Shown here: piece by piece, positions 62,812 through 64,000 of the stretch
Numbering within the stretch: the first letter of the stretch is position 1
Layout: every line of letters starts with the position of its first letter
Source of the DNA: an uncultured Thermoleophilia bacterium
GTDB taxonomy: Bacteria > Actinomycetota > Thermoleophilia > UBA2241
Assembly: GCA_963798285.1 (NCBI GenBank)
Contig: CAWCSR010000003.1
Location: 784,905 to 848,904 of the forward strand
Direction: 5' to 3'
Length of the DNA stretch: 64,000 nucleotides
Translations under genes and position numbers: made by a program
The notes under the pieces: generated by a model
The model's database searches: none
What the model was told of the DNA's origin: nothing
The model's input: the letters and a program-made list of their open reading frames with translations, nothing else

Positions 62812-63903
62812 ATGAAACCGATCGATGACCTGCTCAGCGAGATGATGGCGCGCAACGCGTCGGACCTGCACATCAAGGCGGGGAGCCCGCCGGTGATCCG
62901 CGTGGACGGCGAGCTGCTGCTGCTGGACGAGCCGCCCCTCACCCCGGAGGACACCAAGGACGTGGCGGCGTCCATCATGACCGACAAGCAGATCCGCCGC
63001 TTCAGCGAACACAACGAGATCGACTTCGCCTACTCGGCTCCCAACCTGGGGCGCTTCCGCGTCAACGTCTTCCGCCAGCGCGGGAGCATCAGCGTGGCGA
63101 TGCGCCAGGTCACGACGCGCATCCCGAGCTTCGAGGAGCTGCACCTCCCCGAGATCATCAAGCGCCTCGCGCTCGAGCCGCGCGGCCTCGTGCTCGTCAC
63201 CGGCACCACCGGCTCGGGCAAGACGACGACGCTGGCGGCGATGATCGACCACATCAACAACACGATGCGGCGCCACATCGTCACCGTCGAGGACCCCATC
63301 GAGGTGCTCCACAAGGACAAGAAGTCGATCATCAACCAGCGCGAGATCGGCCTCGACACCGACAGCTACGCCACGGCGCTCAAGTACGTGCTGCGCGAGG
63401 ACCCGGACGACATCCTCATCGGCGAGATGCGCGACCCGGAGACGGTGTCCGCCGCGCTCACCGCGGCCCAGACCGGCCACTTCGTGATGAGCACGCTGCA
63501 CACCATCGACGCGACCGAGACGATCAACCGCATCATCGACTTCTTCCCGCTCCACCAGCAGAAGCAGATCCGCATCATGCTCGCCGGCACGCTCAAGGGC
63601 ATCATCAGCCAGCGCCTGCTGGTGCGCGCCGACGGCCAGGGCCGCGTGCCGGCCATCGAGATCATGGTGTGCACCAACCGCATCCGCGACTTCATCCTCG
63701 ACCCGGACCAGGCGAGCCTCATCGGCGACGCCATCAAAGAGGGCGACTTCTACGGCATGCAGACGTTCGACCAGGCGCTGCTCACCCTGTACGAGGACGG
63801 GCTCATCACCCTCGCCGACGCGGCGCAGGTGGCGAGCAACCCGCACGACTTCAAGCTGCTCGTGCAGTCGCAGGGGCACGACGTGAGCCTGATGACCTTC
63901 TGA
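62812..63903 (+). CDS. pilT: Type IV pilus retraction ATPase PilT
   Basis: ATG at 62812. ASDLHIKAGSPPVIRVDG, Walker A GTTGSGKTTT, Asp box IVTVEDPIE, Walker B DPDDILIGEMRD, His box TGHFVMSTLHT. Intact; it is the in-frame tail of listed ORF 61603..63903. Confidence 0.92.
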   Translation: MKPIDDLLSEMMARNASDLHIKAGSPPVIRVDGELLLLDEPPLTPEDTKDVAASIMTDKQIRRFSEHNEIDFAYSAPNLGRFRVNVFRQRGSISVAMRQVTTRIPSFEELHLPEIIKRLALEPRGLVLVTGTTGSGKTTTLAAMIDHINNTMRRHIVTVEDPIEVLHKDKKSIINQREIGLDTDSYATALKYVLREDPDDILIGEMRDPETVSAALTAAQTGHFVMSTLHTIDATETINRIIDFFPLHQQKQIRIMLAGTLKGIISQRLLVRADGQGRVPAIEIMVCTNRIRDFILDPDQASLIGDAIKEGDFYGMQTFDQALLTLYEDGLITLADAAQVASNPHDFKLLVQSQGHDVSLMTF

Positions 63904-63927
63904 GGCGAACGCCCAGACGATGAGAAC

Positions 63928-63966
63928 GGGCGGGGCGGCCTCACGGCCGCCCCGCCCGTTTCTGTT
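63928..63966 (+). terminator. Rho-independent terminator after pilT
   Basis: A 13-bp GC stem: gggcggggcggcc (63928-63940) with ggccgccccgccc (63945-63957), loop tcac, followed by gtttctgtt. Confidence 0.8.
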
Positions 63967-64000
63967 CCGTCCCCGAGGCCGGCGCGCCGCAGGGCTGCGC

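Overview
This is a visibly high-GC (roughly 70% by eye) bacterial chromosome segment. Its housekeeping gene order is Actinobacteriota-like: lysA-hom ... rho-rpmE ... prfA-prmC-recO-glyQ-glyS-ppdK ... dnaG plus two sigma-70 genes, almost all on the minus strand between 17.5 and 55.8 kb. I saw no rRNA, CRISPR array, transposase or integrase, and one tRNA (Asn-GTT).

Four things stand out.

(1) Nucleotides 1-8267 are one continuous minus-strand ORF. It has an ATG at 8267 and is still open at the window edge, giving more than 2,755 codons. The supplied ORF track does not list it because it has no stop inside the window. It encodes a signal-peptide-bearing giant multidomain protein with:
- OmpL47/Ig-like modules;
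- a PPC-like domain;
- eleven near-identical 21-bp units encoding GGGGRL(A/I)T;
- a clan-CD-like Cys-peptidase signature;
- a seven-bladed RCC1 propeller.

(2) Mycobacteria carry thrC-thrB between hom and rho. Here that position holds a co-directional block: PPi-type phosphofructokinase, archaeal-type phosphoglycerate mutase, GDE-family glycosidase, metallophosphoesterase, a cyclic-2,3-diphosphoglycerate-synthetase-like gene and a 2-phosphoglycerate-kinase-like gene. This is a candidate bacterial cDPG (archaeal thermoprotectant) pathway.

(3) An AT-rich 17-bp palindrome, AACGTAA(C/G)TGTTACGTT, fills the 17-nt spacer of two look-alike promoters. One precedes a padR-2TM operon and the other precedes a B12-binding radical SAM gene.

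(4) From about 12.5 kb onward, many genes are interrupted by single-base indels, including essential ones (dnaG, glyS, prfA, rho, ppdK). The distribution is very patchy and the first 12.5 kb has none. I read these as assembly or consensus errors rather than real decay. I typed them as pseudogene only because the frame is broken in the sequence as given.

Note that the ORF track renders GTG/TTG starts as M.
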